A DNA stretch of 64,000 bases from Candidatus Falkowbacteria bacterium (GTDB lineage Bacteria > Patescibacteriota > Patescibacteriia > UBA11705 > JABHMO01), in the NCBI GenBank assembly GCA_018670895.1, contig JABHIS010000005.1, positions 3,757 to 67,756 on the forward strand, in the 5' to 3' direction. The notes beneath the pieces were generated by a model. The model did not search any database. It saw only the letters and a program-made list of their open reading frames with translations, and was not told the origin of the DNA. The position numbers were made by a program, and so were the translations under genes. Shown piece after piece: positions 9,969 to 18,850 of this stretch (its first letter is position 1; every line of letters starts with the position of its first letter).

Positions 9969-11060
9969 TTATGTTTCAATGTAATTCAGCTTCTTAAACA
10001 CTGCCACTAAAATATTCTCCAAAAATTGATCTCGGGTATGAATATCAATGTCCTTATCTACACCTTCATCTTTTTCCATATAACGCCACATTTTCTTTTT
10101 CTTATCCCACAAATCAGTATTCTTCATCCGACACCAATCTATTTCACCCTCGTCTGGATCTTCAACTAACCCATGGGCCAAGCTTCCTAGAAGCTGCACC
10201 CTTGATACGTAGGAATCAGCCTCATCTGACAATTGATCATTCCACATACCCTCCGCTTCTTGGTAACTGACTTTTTTCAAGTCACGATAAACCTGCTCAG
10301 CTTTTTCTTGATTACCTAAAAAATATTCAACTATAACTTGAAGTAAATAGTTTTCAGTCATTTGACTTGAATCTTCACCAAATTCACCTACTCTATTCAT
10401 CCAAACTTCTGCCTCAACGTCATATAACTCGCTTTGCTGTATCTCACTATAAAAATCCTTAGCTCTTGCCATCTGTCCATCAAACACAAATGCCAGGACG
10501 CCATAAAGCTGTGAATTACAATAAAAATTTTCTGGTCCATCAAATCTATGTTTATATAAACCATCACTCTTGCACCTAATATCAATTAAGTGCAGAAAGC
10601 TATCCGTAAAACGCTCTTGCGGCTTAATTAAATTCATATTAATTGCAGATAAAAACTGTGTAGCTGAAGTTACCCGACTGACACCTGATTCAGATTCAAC
10701 GAAATCATCCCATAATCCGGTATCGCCATAAGCCGTTGTTTTAAATAACCTACCTGTATTTTCTTTGACTTCCTCTGATGGCCCGCTTCGTAGCTTTTCT
10801 AATAATTCATTTGGCTTCATCAACGGAAAAAATTCCTTAGTTTCAATAAAATTAACGATTTGTTCTTTTTTTGTTATATAGTCCCGCATTACCTGAAGTG
10901 CCTCCTTACTTCCCGCTTCCGCCTTCGCCTTAAGCTCAGCAAAACCTAAACCGCCTGAAATCACTTCTAACTCAGACATTAATTTATCAAAATGACGTTG
11001 CTGAACTTCAGTGAAGCTAGCGTGGAGTGCTTTTTCTTGTAATTCGGATTCAATTTTCAT
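9969..11060 (-). CDS. Paralog 1 of a three-gene family (conserved about 85-aa N-terminal module, variable C-terminal domain)
   Basis: 363 aa. N-terminus MKIESELQEKALHASFTEVQQRHFDKLMSELEVISGGLGFAELKAKAEAGSKEALQVMRDYITKKEQIVNFIETKE. The C-terminal domain is homologous to that of paralog 3 (YLLQVIVEYFLGNQEKAEQ ... ENILVAVFKKL). Confidence 0.6.
   Translation of the reverse strand: MKIESELQEKALHASFTEVQQRHFDKLMSELEVISGGLGFAELKAKAEAGSKEALQVMRDYITKKEQIVNFIETKEFFPLMKPNELLEKLRSGPSEEVKENTGRLFKTTAYGDTGLWDDFVESESGVSRVTSATQFLSAINMNLIKPQERFTDSFLHLIDIRCKSDGLYKHRFDGPENFYCNSQLYGVLAFVFDGQMARAKDFYSEIQQSELYDVEAEVWMNRVGEFGEDSSQMTENYLLQVIVEYFLGNQEKAEQVYRDLKKVSYQEAEGMWNDQLSDEADSYVSRVQLLGSLAHGLVEDPDEGEIDWCRMKNTDLWDKKKKMWRYMEKDEGVDKDIDIHTRDQFLENILVAVFKKLNYIET
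10820..11060 (-). repeat. about 240-bp direct repeat unit encoding the shared N-terminal module (copy 1)
   Basis: Near-identical nucleotide strings, for example gacattaatttatcaaaatgacgttgctgaacttc.gtgaagctagc.tg.agtgc, occur at 10975-11040 and 11730-11795. A more diverged copy lies at 12850-12936. Confidence 0.6.
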
Positions 11061-11081
11061 AAACCAACTTTATAATTCAAT

Positions 11082-11813
11082 TTATTCAGGAAAATATAGC
11101 ATATAATTATGTTTTCTTGAAGATAGCTCCCCAGTCTGTAATTCTGCTTCGACATGTACCCTTACTTGCTCAGGCTCATTATTAATATGCTCGACTGCTG
11201 TTATGCTTATTGATGTGACTTCTTCTTTATCAAGCAAAGATTGCAATCGACTACCGACAATGTTTTCTGGATTCCTCTTACTCTTATCAAGTTGATAATG
11301 TTTATGCAATTCTAATCCAAAAATCGACTTAACAGCCAACGTAGTGATAAAACCGTTCAAAACTTGTTGAACATGATCAGTCTTAATTAATTGATCTGAA
11401 AAAAGCCAAAGCGGAGTATTGTCAAGCATTTTTACTTTATAGAGTAATCCACGACTATCCTCTTGGGTAACTTCTTCAACTTCACACATCTTCCCATGGT
11501 ATGGTTTACCTGGATGCCAAACCATCCCCTCATCACCAACACCAATAAAATATGACTTCCACTCTAAATTAGTCCCTAAAGGTATTTCTTTAGTTTCAAT
11601 GAATTCAACAATCTTTTCTTTCTTAGCGATATAATCACGCATTACTTGAAGCGCCTCTTTATCCCCTGCTTCTGCCTTTGCCTTAAGCTCAGCAAACCCA
11701 AAACCATCTGAGATTACTTCCAACTCAGACATTAATTTATCAAAATGACGTTGCTGAACTTCGGTGAAGCTAGCATGAAGTGCGCGTTCTTGTATTTGCT
11801 CTAGTGATTTCAT
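11082..11813 (-). CDS. Paralog 2 of the family (same N-terminal module, unrelated shorter C-terminal domain)
   Basis: 243 aa. The first about 80 aa are about 90% identical to paralog 1 at the protein level and near-identical at the nucleotide level. The C-terminus is unrelated. Confidence 0.6.
   Translation of the reverse strand: MKSLEQIQERALHASFTEVQQRHFDKLMSELEVISDGFGFAELKAKAEAGDKEALQVMRDYIAKKEKIVEFIETKEIPLGTNLEWKSYFIGVGDEGMVWHPGKPYHGKMCEVEEVTQEDSRGLLYKVKMLDNTPLWLFSDQLIKTDHVQQVLNGFITTLAVKSIFGLELHKHYQLDKSKRNPENIVGSRLQSLLDKEEVTSISITAVEHINNEPEQVRVHVEAELQTGELSSRKHNYMLYFPE
11575..11813 (-). repeat. direct repeat unit copy 2
   Basis: See copy 1. About 90% nucleotide identity to 10820-11060. Confidence 0.6.
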
Positions 11814-11823
11814 TTTATAATAG

Positions 11824-12936
11824 TTAATTTTTTATTTTTAATTTCTCGAAAATCGCAGTTAAAATAATATCCATTAACTCATCCGAAGTATTATAACCTT
11901 TTACACTGTTCTCTGTAGCTCGCCAACAACCAGACTCAGGCTCAACCCAACGTGGGTCTTTTTTTAATTCCTGCCATTTTTCTTTTGCCTCATAGGGACT
12001 ACCCAAAATGGCTTCAGCCATGATACCCATTAGTTGATCAGTTGAAGTTCTCTCTACCTCTTCATCGTGATGATGGTAATTAGACTGTTTCCAACCAAGT
12101 TTTGGATCATAATATTCCTGTTTAAGATTTCCAAATCCCTGTCGAGCTTCTTCTTCCTGACCAAGAAAAAAGTTTACTAATTGATACAAAAGTTGATCTT
12201 TAGAATACAAACTTAAATCAGTAAAGTTTAATGTTTTATTTTGAGTTGTATCTGGGGTCACACTAGTAAACCATGAATCAAACTCTTCCATATAAAACTT
12301 AAGTTTCTTTAAATCTGACAAGCGCTGACCAGCAGTATCAGCAAGATCATTTTTGGGCTGGATCAAAACCATCAAAATACTCAAAAATTGCCCTTCAGCA
12401 TCATACTCTTCAACCCCAAGACTCAGATCGGCACAATTATATAGCCTGTTTTCTCGGTTATACATTTTACTTTCCCACGGCTGTGTTATTGAAGTTTGTA
12501 TGTCACCTGTCAATTGGCCTGCCAATTCAAGAAGAACACAATTCCTATGGGTCACTGCATTACCTACCCCACCAAGTTTTTGGGTTAACATTTGCTTTTG
12601 CTTATCAAAGGCTGAAGTATATAACAATACTTGTAATTTTTCTTTGGCTTTTTCAGCTGTGCCTTCATTTAAAATATTTCGCATAGTTTCAGCGTCTATA
12701 TATGGCATTCGCTTGGTTTCAATAAACTCCACAATTTTTTCTTTCTTTGTAATGTAATCCCGCATAATTTGAAGTGCTTCTTTACTACCCAACTCAGCCT
12801 TTGCTTTAAGATCAGCAAATCCTAAACCACCTGAAATCACTTCTAATTCAGACATTAATTTGTCAAAATGTTGTTGCTGAGCCCTATTAAAGTCAACCTT
12901 TAGTGCACTTTCCTGAATTTGTTCTAATGTTTTCAT
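11824..12936 (-). CDS. Paralog 3 of the family, translationally coupled to the helicase-nuclease
   Basis: 370 aa. N-terminal module MKTLEQIQESALKVDFNRAQQQHFDKLMSELEVISGGLGFADLKAKAELGSKEALQIMRDYITKKEKIVEFIETK. Its ATG overlaps the stop of 12940..15918 in an ATGA junction. Confidence 0.6.
   Translation of the reverse strand: MKTLEQIQESALKVDFNRAQQQHFDKLMSELEVISGGLGFADLKAKAELGSKEALQIMRDYITKKEKIVEFIETKRMPYIDAETMRNILNEGTAEKAKEKLQVLLYTSAFDKQKQMLTQKLGGVGNAVTHRNCVLLELAGQLTGDIQTSITQPWESKMYNRENRLYNCADLSLGVEEYDAEGQFLSILMVLIQPKNDLADTAGQRLSDLKKLKFYMEEFDSWFTSVTPDTTQNKTLNFTDLSLYSKDQLLYQLVNFFLGQEEEARQGFGNLKQEYYDPKLGWKQSNYHHHDEEVERTSTDQLMGIMAEAILGSPYEAKEKWQELKKDPRWVEPESGCWRATENSVKGYNTSDELMDIILTAIFEKLKIKN
12700..12936 (-). 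repeat. direct repeat unit copy 3 (more diverged)
   Basis: Conserved blocks gcctttgc.ttaag.tcagcaaa.cc.aaacc.cctga.at.acttc.aa.tcagacattaatttgtcaaaatg. Confidence 0.5.
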
Positions 12937-12939
12937 GTT

Positions 12940-15918
12940 TTACAATTTTCGAAATTCACAAATATCTTTAAAGTCACAATGCCCACAAATGTGTTGACTG
13001 GGTTTAGGATCAAAATTTTGCTTTTTAATTTGTTCAATATTATCCAAAAACCTTTGTTTGAGTTTTTCCTTGTCTTTAGAGTTGCCAAGAAAAGAGACTT
13101 GGCTGTCATCATCAAGAAAATAATAGGTTAATTTTTCTAACTTTATATTCAAAACTTCTTCAGCTGCAATCTGATAGAACATTAGCTGGCGTCGGTCCTC
13201 TGTGGATAATTTTTCTTTAACTTGCCCAGTTTTGTAATCAATAATTTCAAACTGCCCTTTTTCTAATTCATCCACTCGGTCAATACGCCCAACAAAGGTG
13301 TATTCCCCAATCTTCAATCGGAACGACTGTTCCAATAATTTAACTTTTGGTTTGTTTTTTTCAAAACCTTGGTGGAAGTTTTTTAATAAATCTTTGCCTT
13401 TTTCTAAATACTCCTCTTTTTGTTTTGCATTAACATACCAATCATCCTGCCAGTTTTCATTATAAACTTCATATAACCTTTCTAACGACAATAATCTATT
13501 TTGGTTTGCTGGTTCGCGAGACATCCCTGTCTCGCTCCCTCCTACCGCAAATATATCTTGTTGGGTATGCAGTCCAACCGTAAAACATTCTTCCAAAAAT
13601 TTTTGTAAAGTATTGTGAATAGTTGAACCAAATGAAAAATAGTGATTACCAAAGGTTGGAATTTTTAAAACATTGGCAAACTTGTACTTCAAAGGACAAG
13701 TTTCATAAGTCTGCATTTGTGAATAACTAAAATTGCGCGGTAGCTGATATTCAAAAGCCTTAGAGTCATCCTTTTGTACTCGCTCAACTGTAGGCTCAGC
13801 TTTTCCAGATTCTTCAGGTTTATTATACCCTAATTCTGTTAAAAAGCGAGACAATTTCTTTTTTCGTGCTCCACCATAGTCATCAGCTGAAGTGAAGAAC
13901 AATCCCCTTTTTGCTCTGGTCATTGCTACATAAAATAATCTCCGTTCTTCCTCTAAATGAAAATCACCTTCTGAGGAGTCTTCTTTTATCAAAGAATCTG
14001 GAATTTCAATTACCTCTTTACGCTGATCGGTCGGAAATTTTCGATCAACCAAACAAGAAACGAACACATAATCAAATTCTAAACCCTTGGCACTGTGAAT
14101 TGTCATAATACGCACCATGTCCGGACCAGTTTCCACGTCAAACGCCAATTTCCCACTTTCGCCCGATTGCATTTCCATATTCAAAAGCTCCATTAAGTCA
14201 CTAAGCCTCGGATCCTCATACGACATTTCCACTTCTTGAATTTTCTTGAAAAATTGTTGAACAAAATCTAGCGTTTCTTTTGCTTTTGCTGGTTCCAAAT
14301 CATTCAAATACTCCAAATAACCTGAGCCGTACAAAAAACTTAATAAAACTTCAGTCGGTTTTTTATTTTGTGCTAACTGAGTATCTTTTTCAACTTGAAC
14401 TAAAATATTGTTAATTGACTTCAAAGTTTGTTCAGTTAAGCCTGGAACTGTTGAAGCCTGCTTTAATGATTCGAATATAGATATTGATTTTCTCTTAGCT
14501 AAATGAACCAATTTAACAATTTGTTCAGGCTCAATATTTAGAAATGGCAAGTTTAGAATTCGATAAACTGCCGCGCTCTCATGATAATTATCCAGCAACT
14601 TGAAATAATTAATAATATCAACCACAACTGATTTATTGTACAACCCTCGCATAGCCAGGAATTGGTACGGAATTTGAGCTTGTTCTAAATAATTAATAAA
14701 AATATTGGCGCTATCATTAGCCCTAACTAAAATTGCTATATCTGACCACTCCGCTTGCTGATCTTGTTTTAATTTTATTATTTTTTGAATTACTGCCTTT
14801 GCCTCTTCCTCAACAGACGACAAATGATAGTGAACAACCTCGCCTTTTTCAGAAACGTTAGATTTTAATTTTTTATCAATACCTAATTTTTCCTCCAATC
14901 GATATGGATTGTTTTGTAAAATAAAATTGTAGGCTAAATCTAGAATTTCCTGTGTAGATCGATAGTTTTCTATTAATACAACTTCTTTAGCCGTTGGGTA
15001 ATCTTTTTTGAACTGCATTATATTAGAAATCGAAGCTCCACGAAACTTGTAAATGCTCTGATCATCATCTCCTACAACTGTGATATTGTTTTTGGGTGTG
15101 GCCAAAAGTTTAATTAACTCGTATTGAACAAAGTTTGTATCCTGAAACTCGTCAACCAAAATGTGTTTGAACTGTTGACGATATTTAGCCAAAATTAATG
15201 GGCGCTTTTTAAATAATTGAATTGTATAATTTATTAAATCAGCGAAATCCAAGCTCTCATTATCAATTAAAATTTGCTGATAAGTCTGATAGGCATTGGC
15301 AATTTCCTCAATTCGAAGAATTTCTTGTTTTAATATTTCTTTTTGATTAGCTTCGTCAACCTTACTGAAATCTATTTTGTTTACGAAATCGTGAACATCA
15401 TCATTTAACTTGATTTCCTGTGCATATTTTAAATAATTTTCAGGATAAATACCTTCATCCTTGCAACGAGAGAAATGCTTTAACAGTGCGTGGATAAACT
15501 TGGTTGGATTACCTAACGGCTGATAATATTCTAATTTGAACTTGTCCAAATTTTTCCTCACCAAGAGCCAGGCCTCCGTCCCATCCACGAGTTTGTAATT
15601 ATTTGGCAAACCAATATCCAGAGCATGCCGTTTCAAAATTTTGTCACAAAAAGCATGAAAAGTTGAAATCCACAAATCAACATAACCATATGGAAGCATT
15701 TGATCCACGCGCTCTTCCATTTCCTGCGCAGATTTTTCAGTAAAAGTTAAAGCTAATACTTCATCAACATTAGCATTTTTTTCAGTAATCAAATATGCAA
15801 TTCTGGCAGTTACAACCCGAGTCTTCCCCGTACCAGCTCCAGCCACAATCAACTGAGGTCCATCTTCGTGAATAATGGCTTGCTTTTGTTGTTCATTTGA
15901 TTCAGAAATTAGACTCAT
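12940..15918 (-). CDS. UvrD/PcrA-family SF1 helicase fused to a C-terminal Cas4/RecB-type PD-(D/E)xK nuclease with a 4-Cys (Fe-S) cluster
   Basis: Walker A AGAGTGKT, Walker B/motif II DEFQDT, motif IV YRST. The C-terminus has GRIDRVD, EIIDYKTG, QLMFYQIA and cysteines ETCPLKY ... CGHCDFKDIC. Start chosen at ATG 15916-15918 (MSLISESNEQQ...). The track start is an upstream GTG. Confidence 0.85.
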   Translation of the reverse strand: MSLISESNEQQKQAIIHEDGPQLIVAGAGTGKTRVVTARIAYLITEKNANVDEVLALTFTEKSAQEMEERVDQMLPYGYVDLWISTFHAFCDKILKRHALDIGLPNNYKLVDGTEAWLLVRKNLDKFKLEYYQPLGNPTKFIHALLKHFSRCKDEGIYPENYLKYAQEIKLNDDVHDFVNKIDFSKVDEANQKEILKQEILRIEEIANAYQTYQQILIDNESLDFADLINYTIQLFKKRPLILAKYRQQFKHILVDEFQDTNFVQYELIKLLATPKNNITVVGDDDQSIYKFRGASISNIMQFKKDYPTAKEVVLIENYRSTQEILDLAYNFILQNNPYRLEEKLGIDKKLKSNVSEKGEVVHYHLSSVEEEAKAVIQKIIKLKQDQQAEWSDIAILVRANDSANIFINYLEQAQIPYQFLAMRGLYNKSVVVDIINYFKLLDNYHESAAVYRILNLPFLNIEPEQIVKLVHLAKRKSISIFESLKQASTVPGLTEQTLKSINNILVQVEKDTQLAQNKKPTEVLLSFLYGSGYLEYLNDLEPAKAKETLDFVQQFFKKIQEVEMSYEDPRLSDLMELLNMEMQSGESGKLAFDVETGPDMVRIMTIHSAKGLEFDYVFVSCLVDRKFPTDQRKEVIEIPDSLIKEDSSEGDFHLEEERRLFYVAMTRAKRGLFFTSADDYGGARKKKLSRFLTELGYNKPEESGKAEPTVERVQKDDSKAFEYQLPRNFSYSQMQTYETCPLKYKFANVLKIPTFGNHYFSFGSTIHNTLQKFLEECFTVGLHTQQDIFAVGGSETGMSREPANQNRLLSLERLYEVYNENWQDDWYVNAKQKEEYLEKGKDLLKNFHQGFEKNKPKVKLLEQSFRLKIGEYTFVGRIDRVDELEKGQFEIIDYKTGQVKEKLSTEDRRQLMFYQIAAEEVLNIKLEKLTYYFLDDDSQVSFLGNSKDKEKLKQRFLDNIEQIKKQNFDPKPSQHICGHCDFKDICEFRKL

Positions 15919-16145
15919 ATGTGTATATATTAGCACAAAAAAGACCCGTCAGACAAGAGACCCAAATCAGGTATCTTTACATGCTCCTGTCTCTCCTAGG
16001 CCACCTTGAGACTTGACATTACTTGAAATAATTGCTAATCTATTGAAATCAAGATTGTACACATTGACACCAAAAACCATAAATGATATTTTAGAAAAGT
16101 ATTTGTACAGCTAGTTCATTTAAACTCTTAGTGTGAGGAGATCAA

Positions 16146-16412
16146 ATGTCGAGATTCTCTGATGGCCGTTTTTGCACTCAGCCCAATGGGCAAGGAGGAA
16201 CATGCAATGCGTTAATGGAGGAAAAATCAGTTTTTTGGCGTTGTCCTAAAGGGCATGATATAGTTTTCATGGAAAGTGAAGAGATAAAGGAAAAACTTGC
16301 TCGTGAACAAGTACGTTCAGAGCATGGTGGTAAAATTGCTTTTCGTAGTGCTTTATCAATGGACGGAAAAGAACTCTTTGCTAGACCAAACACACGCGGT
16401 GGTGCAAAATAA
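16146..16412 (+). CDS. Small zinc-ribbon protein (paralog A)
   Basis: 88 aa. Cys pattern FCTQP...GTCNA...WRCPKGH. SD GAGGAG upstream. GC-rich. Confidence 0.5.
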   Translation: MSRFSDGRFCTQPNGQGGTCNALMEEKSVFWRCPKGHDIVFMESEEIKEKLAREQVRSEHGGKIAFRSALSMDGKELFARPNTRGGAK

Positions 16413-16438
16413 GCTCATCAATGGCTCAGGAGTAAACA

Positions 16439-16747
16439 GTGAGCAAAATATTTGAACAAGGGAACTTTTGTCCAGAGTGTGCTCAACATGGACAGTACAA
16501 ACTGATGCAGAAAGGCATAGTTGTTCTACGTTGTCCTGCTTGCCAACATGCCATGCCACTGCCTAAAGCAGAAATAAAACAACTCTCGGATCAAGCAGAA
16601 CTTGAACTAGTTAGAGAAGAACGAATGAAACGAGCGATTATTAGACCAGACATCGGGGAAATTTCCTCCCGCTTTAATGGCCGAAACCCAAGACCGACCG
16701 ATTCAATGACTACAGAGATGAAGAAAACAGGTTGCAAAACAAGATAG
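16439..16747 (+). CDS. Small zinc-ribbon protein (paralog B)
   Basis: 102 aa. CPECAQHG...LRCPACQH (CxxC-N17-CxxC). Same architecture as paralog A. Charged C-terminal tail. Confidence 0.5.
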   Translation: MSKIFEQGNFCPECAQHGQYKLMQKGIVVLRCPACQHAMPLPKAEIKQLSDQAELELVREERMKRAIIRPDIGEISSRFNGRNPRPTDSMTTEMKKTGCKTR

Positions 16748-16757
16748 AAATACAAAA

Positions 16758-16788
16758 CGCGGTTCGCACCTGAACCCCGTTTTTTTTA
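16758..16788 (+). terminator. Intrinsic terminator after the zinc-ribbon gene pair
   Basis: GC stem ggttc/gaacc with loop gcacct, followed by an 8-nt T-run. Confidence 0.5.
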
Positions 16789-16822
16789 TTTGAACTTTCT
16801 AAAGTTATCTAATTTTGCCCTC

Positions 16823-17320
16823 TTATAATGCCGATTTAATACTCTTCAAAGCTTCGGGAAACAATGGAACAAATACCGAACCAATTACTAACAACACACT
16901 CGCCACGCTAGAAATTGACATTTGCCATAATAACCAATCATTAAGCGGATATTTAAGTAAGAAATGTAAAATCACTGACAAAACAAAGATTCCTTCAACT
17001 AGACCTAGAATTAATCCCAGTAATTTATCAAAACTTGACACAAACGGCAGTATAGTAATAATTCTAAAAATCTTTCCAAACACCCAAAACATTAAACTGA
17101 CTATTTTTATAGAAACGGAAAATATCAAGATAAAAGCTATCACTTTAGAAAAATTCGAATCACCAAACCAAGTAGCTACTACAGGAAAATAACGACTAGC
17201 AATAATAACTGCTACGATTATTCCAATAATAGAACCGAGAGATTCTAGAAATCCTTTTTTGAAGCCCAGCAATCCAATAACTAAGATCAAGCCTAATAAA
17301 ATGTAATCTAGTGAGACCAT
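16823..17320 (-). CDS. cvpA: CvpA-family membrane protein
   Basis: Multi-TM small protein with the CvpA-like pattern (LDYILLGLILVIGLLGFKKGFLESLGSIIGIIVAVIIA...). Start probably the internal Met MVSLDYILL. Confidence 0.6.
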   Translation of the reverse strand: MVSLDYILLGLILVIGLLGFKKGFLESLGSIIGIIVAVIIASRYFPVVATWFGDSNFSKVIAFILIFSVSIKIVSLMFWVFGKIFRIITILPFVSSFDKLLGLILGLVEGIFVLSVILHFLLKYPLNDWLLWQMSISSVASVLLVIGSVFVPLFPEALKSIKSAL

Positions 17321-17444
17321 ATATGAATAATATCTAATATCCAATACCAAATATCCAATAATTTATTTTCACCTAGAGAAATTATACCATATTTTTTAAA
17401 ACAAAAAAACGTCCAGATAAATTTTTATCCAGACGTTATGTTTT

Positions 17445-18296
17445 TTACAAACGGCGTCGTCGCCCACTGGTATTTGACTGCCAGTAAGGATCAACGGTAA
17501 CTGTTGAGGTCTCATCTTCGACTAATACTTCAGACTCAAACTCATCTTCTTCGATTGCTACTTCGACCTCGTCCGCATCAACAAGGATCATACTTTCGAT
17601 TTCATCAATGATAACATCCTCATCATCAAGAATAATAGGATCTAGCACTTCGACTTCATCCGCATCAACAAGGATAACACCCGCGTCATCATCGTAATCA
17701 AGAATAATCTCATCGGGATTTGGTCCGACTTCAATTTCACTTGGATGATCGTCAGTTGTGTCAACCATGACACCTTCATCTTCTTCAGGCTCAGGCGTAA
17801 CTTCAGGCGCCTCAGCTCTGTTAGCCTTGGCGCCTTGGCTAAAATCCGGCGGTCCACCGTGGGCAGTCACCCCAATTGAAGTGTCTTCAGTAAAGTCAAC
17901 CACCCTCCAACGTTCGCCATCAAACACGGCCAGCTTGACCCAGACAGTCAATTTGGGATGCTTGCGCTTGATGTTAGCAACAGCTTTTTCCAGATCAGCT
18001 TTGTAAGCTTTACGCTCAGCTGCTCGATCTCTGAACTTTTGAGTTCCACCATAAGCGCCACAATCATCATGAGCAACCAAGTAAACCTCAGTTACTCCAT
18101 GTAGATCAACTGACAAGTTTACCATCTTCATGGTACTGTCACGAGTTATTACATCGGCCAACATTTTCTGTCCACCAGGAATTGTGACTACATCACAATC
18201 GTCCCGTAGTCCATTATCAATCATGAACTTGTGAACAGCACCTTGGATCCTAAAATCCATACATGTAACCAATAAAGAAGCACAGTTATGCGACAT
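17445..18296 (-). CDS. Beta-carbonic-anhydrase-like protein with a long acidic repetitive C-terminal tail
   Basis: Start at MSHNCASLLVTCMDFR, preceded by the SD AGGAGGG. CxDxR (CMDFR) and HxxC (HDDCGAYGG) zinc-ligand motifs. The tail is D/E/V-rich with (ILVDADEVEV) repeated. The central part is GC-rich. Confidence 0.45.
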   Translation of the reverse strand: MSHNCASLLVTCMDFRIQGAVHKFMIDNGLRDDCDVVTIPGGQKMLADVITRDSTMKMVNLSVDLHGVTEVYLVAHDDCGAYGGTQKFRDRAAERKAYKADLEKAVANIKRKHPKLTVWVKLAVFDGERWRVVDFTEDTSIGVTAHGGPPDFSQGAKANRAEAPEVTPEPEEDEGVMVDTTDDHPSEIEVGPNPDEIILDYDDDAGVILVDADEVEVLDPIILDDEDVIIDEIESMILVDADEVEVAIEEDEFESEVLVEDETSTVTVDPYWQSNTSGRRRRL

Positions 18297-18415
18297 TTTT
18301 TCCCTCCTGTGTAAAGAACTTGACTGATTGTAAAGTTTAGCACATATTATAATATTGTCAAGTACTATTGCAAAATAACTCAAAAAAGCCCCTTTAGGGG
18401 CTTTTAACGTTTATC

Positions 18416-18826
18416 TTAAAGTTCCTTGATCTCAATTTCTTCATCTTCATTAAAAACAACTAGCATTTTACGTACAGCGATATCTGGATATTTTTTCTTT
18501 ACTATTTCTTCTGCCGTTGTCATATCTTCGTCATATTTTGCTTTTTCAGATTCATCATCGTCAAAACTATCACTTCCACCATAGGCACCACAATCCTGAT
18601 GCGCCATAAATATAACTGTATTTATACCGTGGAGTTTTACTGAAAGTTCAATTTGTTTCAAAACTGTAGCACGAGTATCTTCATCCAATAATGCTTTTTG
18701 TGCACCAGCAATAGATACTAAATCATAATCTTTTGTTAATCCGTTCTCATTTACCCAACAACAAATAGCTTTATGAAATCGAAAATCCATGCAGGTAATT
18801 AAAAGATTGTTGCAATTGTGTGACAT
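18416..18826 (-). CDS. Beta-carbonic-anhydrase-like protein (short paralog)
   Basis: 136 aa. MSHNCNNLLITCMDFR ... FMAHQDCGAYGG. Same CxDxR/HxxC spacing as the neighbour. Confidence 0.45.
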   Translation of the reverse strand: MSHNCNNLLITCMDFRFHKAICCWVNENGLTKDYDLVSIAGAQKALLDEDTRATVLKQIELSVKLHGINTVIFMAHQDCGAYGGSDSFDDDESEKAKYDEDMTTAEEIVKKKYPDIAVRKMLVVFNEDEEIEIKEL

Positions 18827-18850
18827 AATTTGAATTTAAAATTATTATTA

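Noticed and set aside
12353-12757. Antisense/overlapping ORFs inside real genes (e.g. 12353..12757+, 21005..21412+, 3051..3395+, 19196..19399+, 47388..47615-, 61004..61411+, 61366..61758-, 62009..62911 several)
   Set aside because: Shadow ORFs inside well-supported longer genes on the opposite strand or in another frame. No RBS. Low-complexity translations.
17642-18006. ORFs 17642..17857(-) and 17758..18006(+) inside the acidic tail/core of the beta-CA-like gene
   Set aside because: Alternative frames of a GC-rich repetitive region. The main frame is continuous and has a strong SD.
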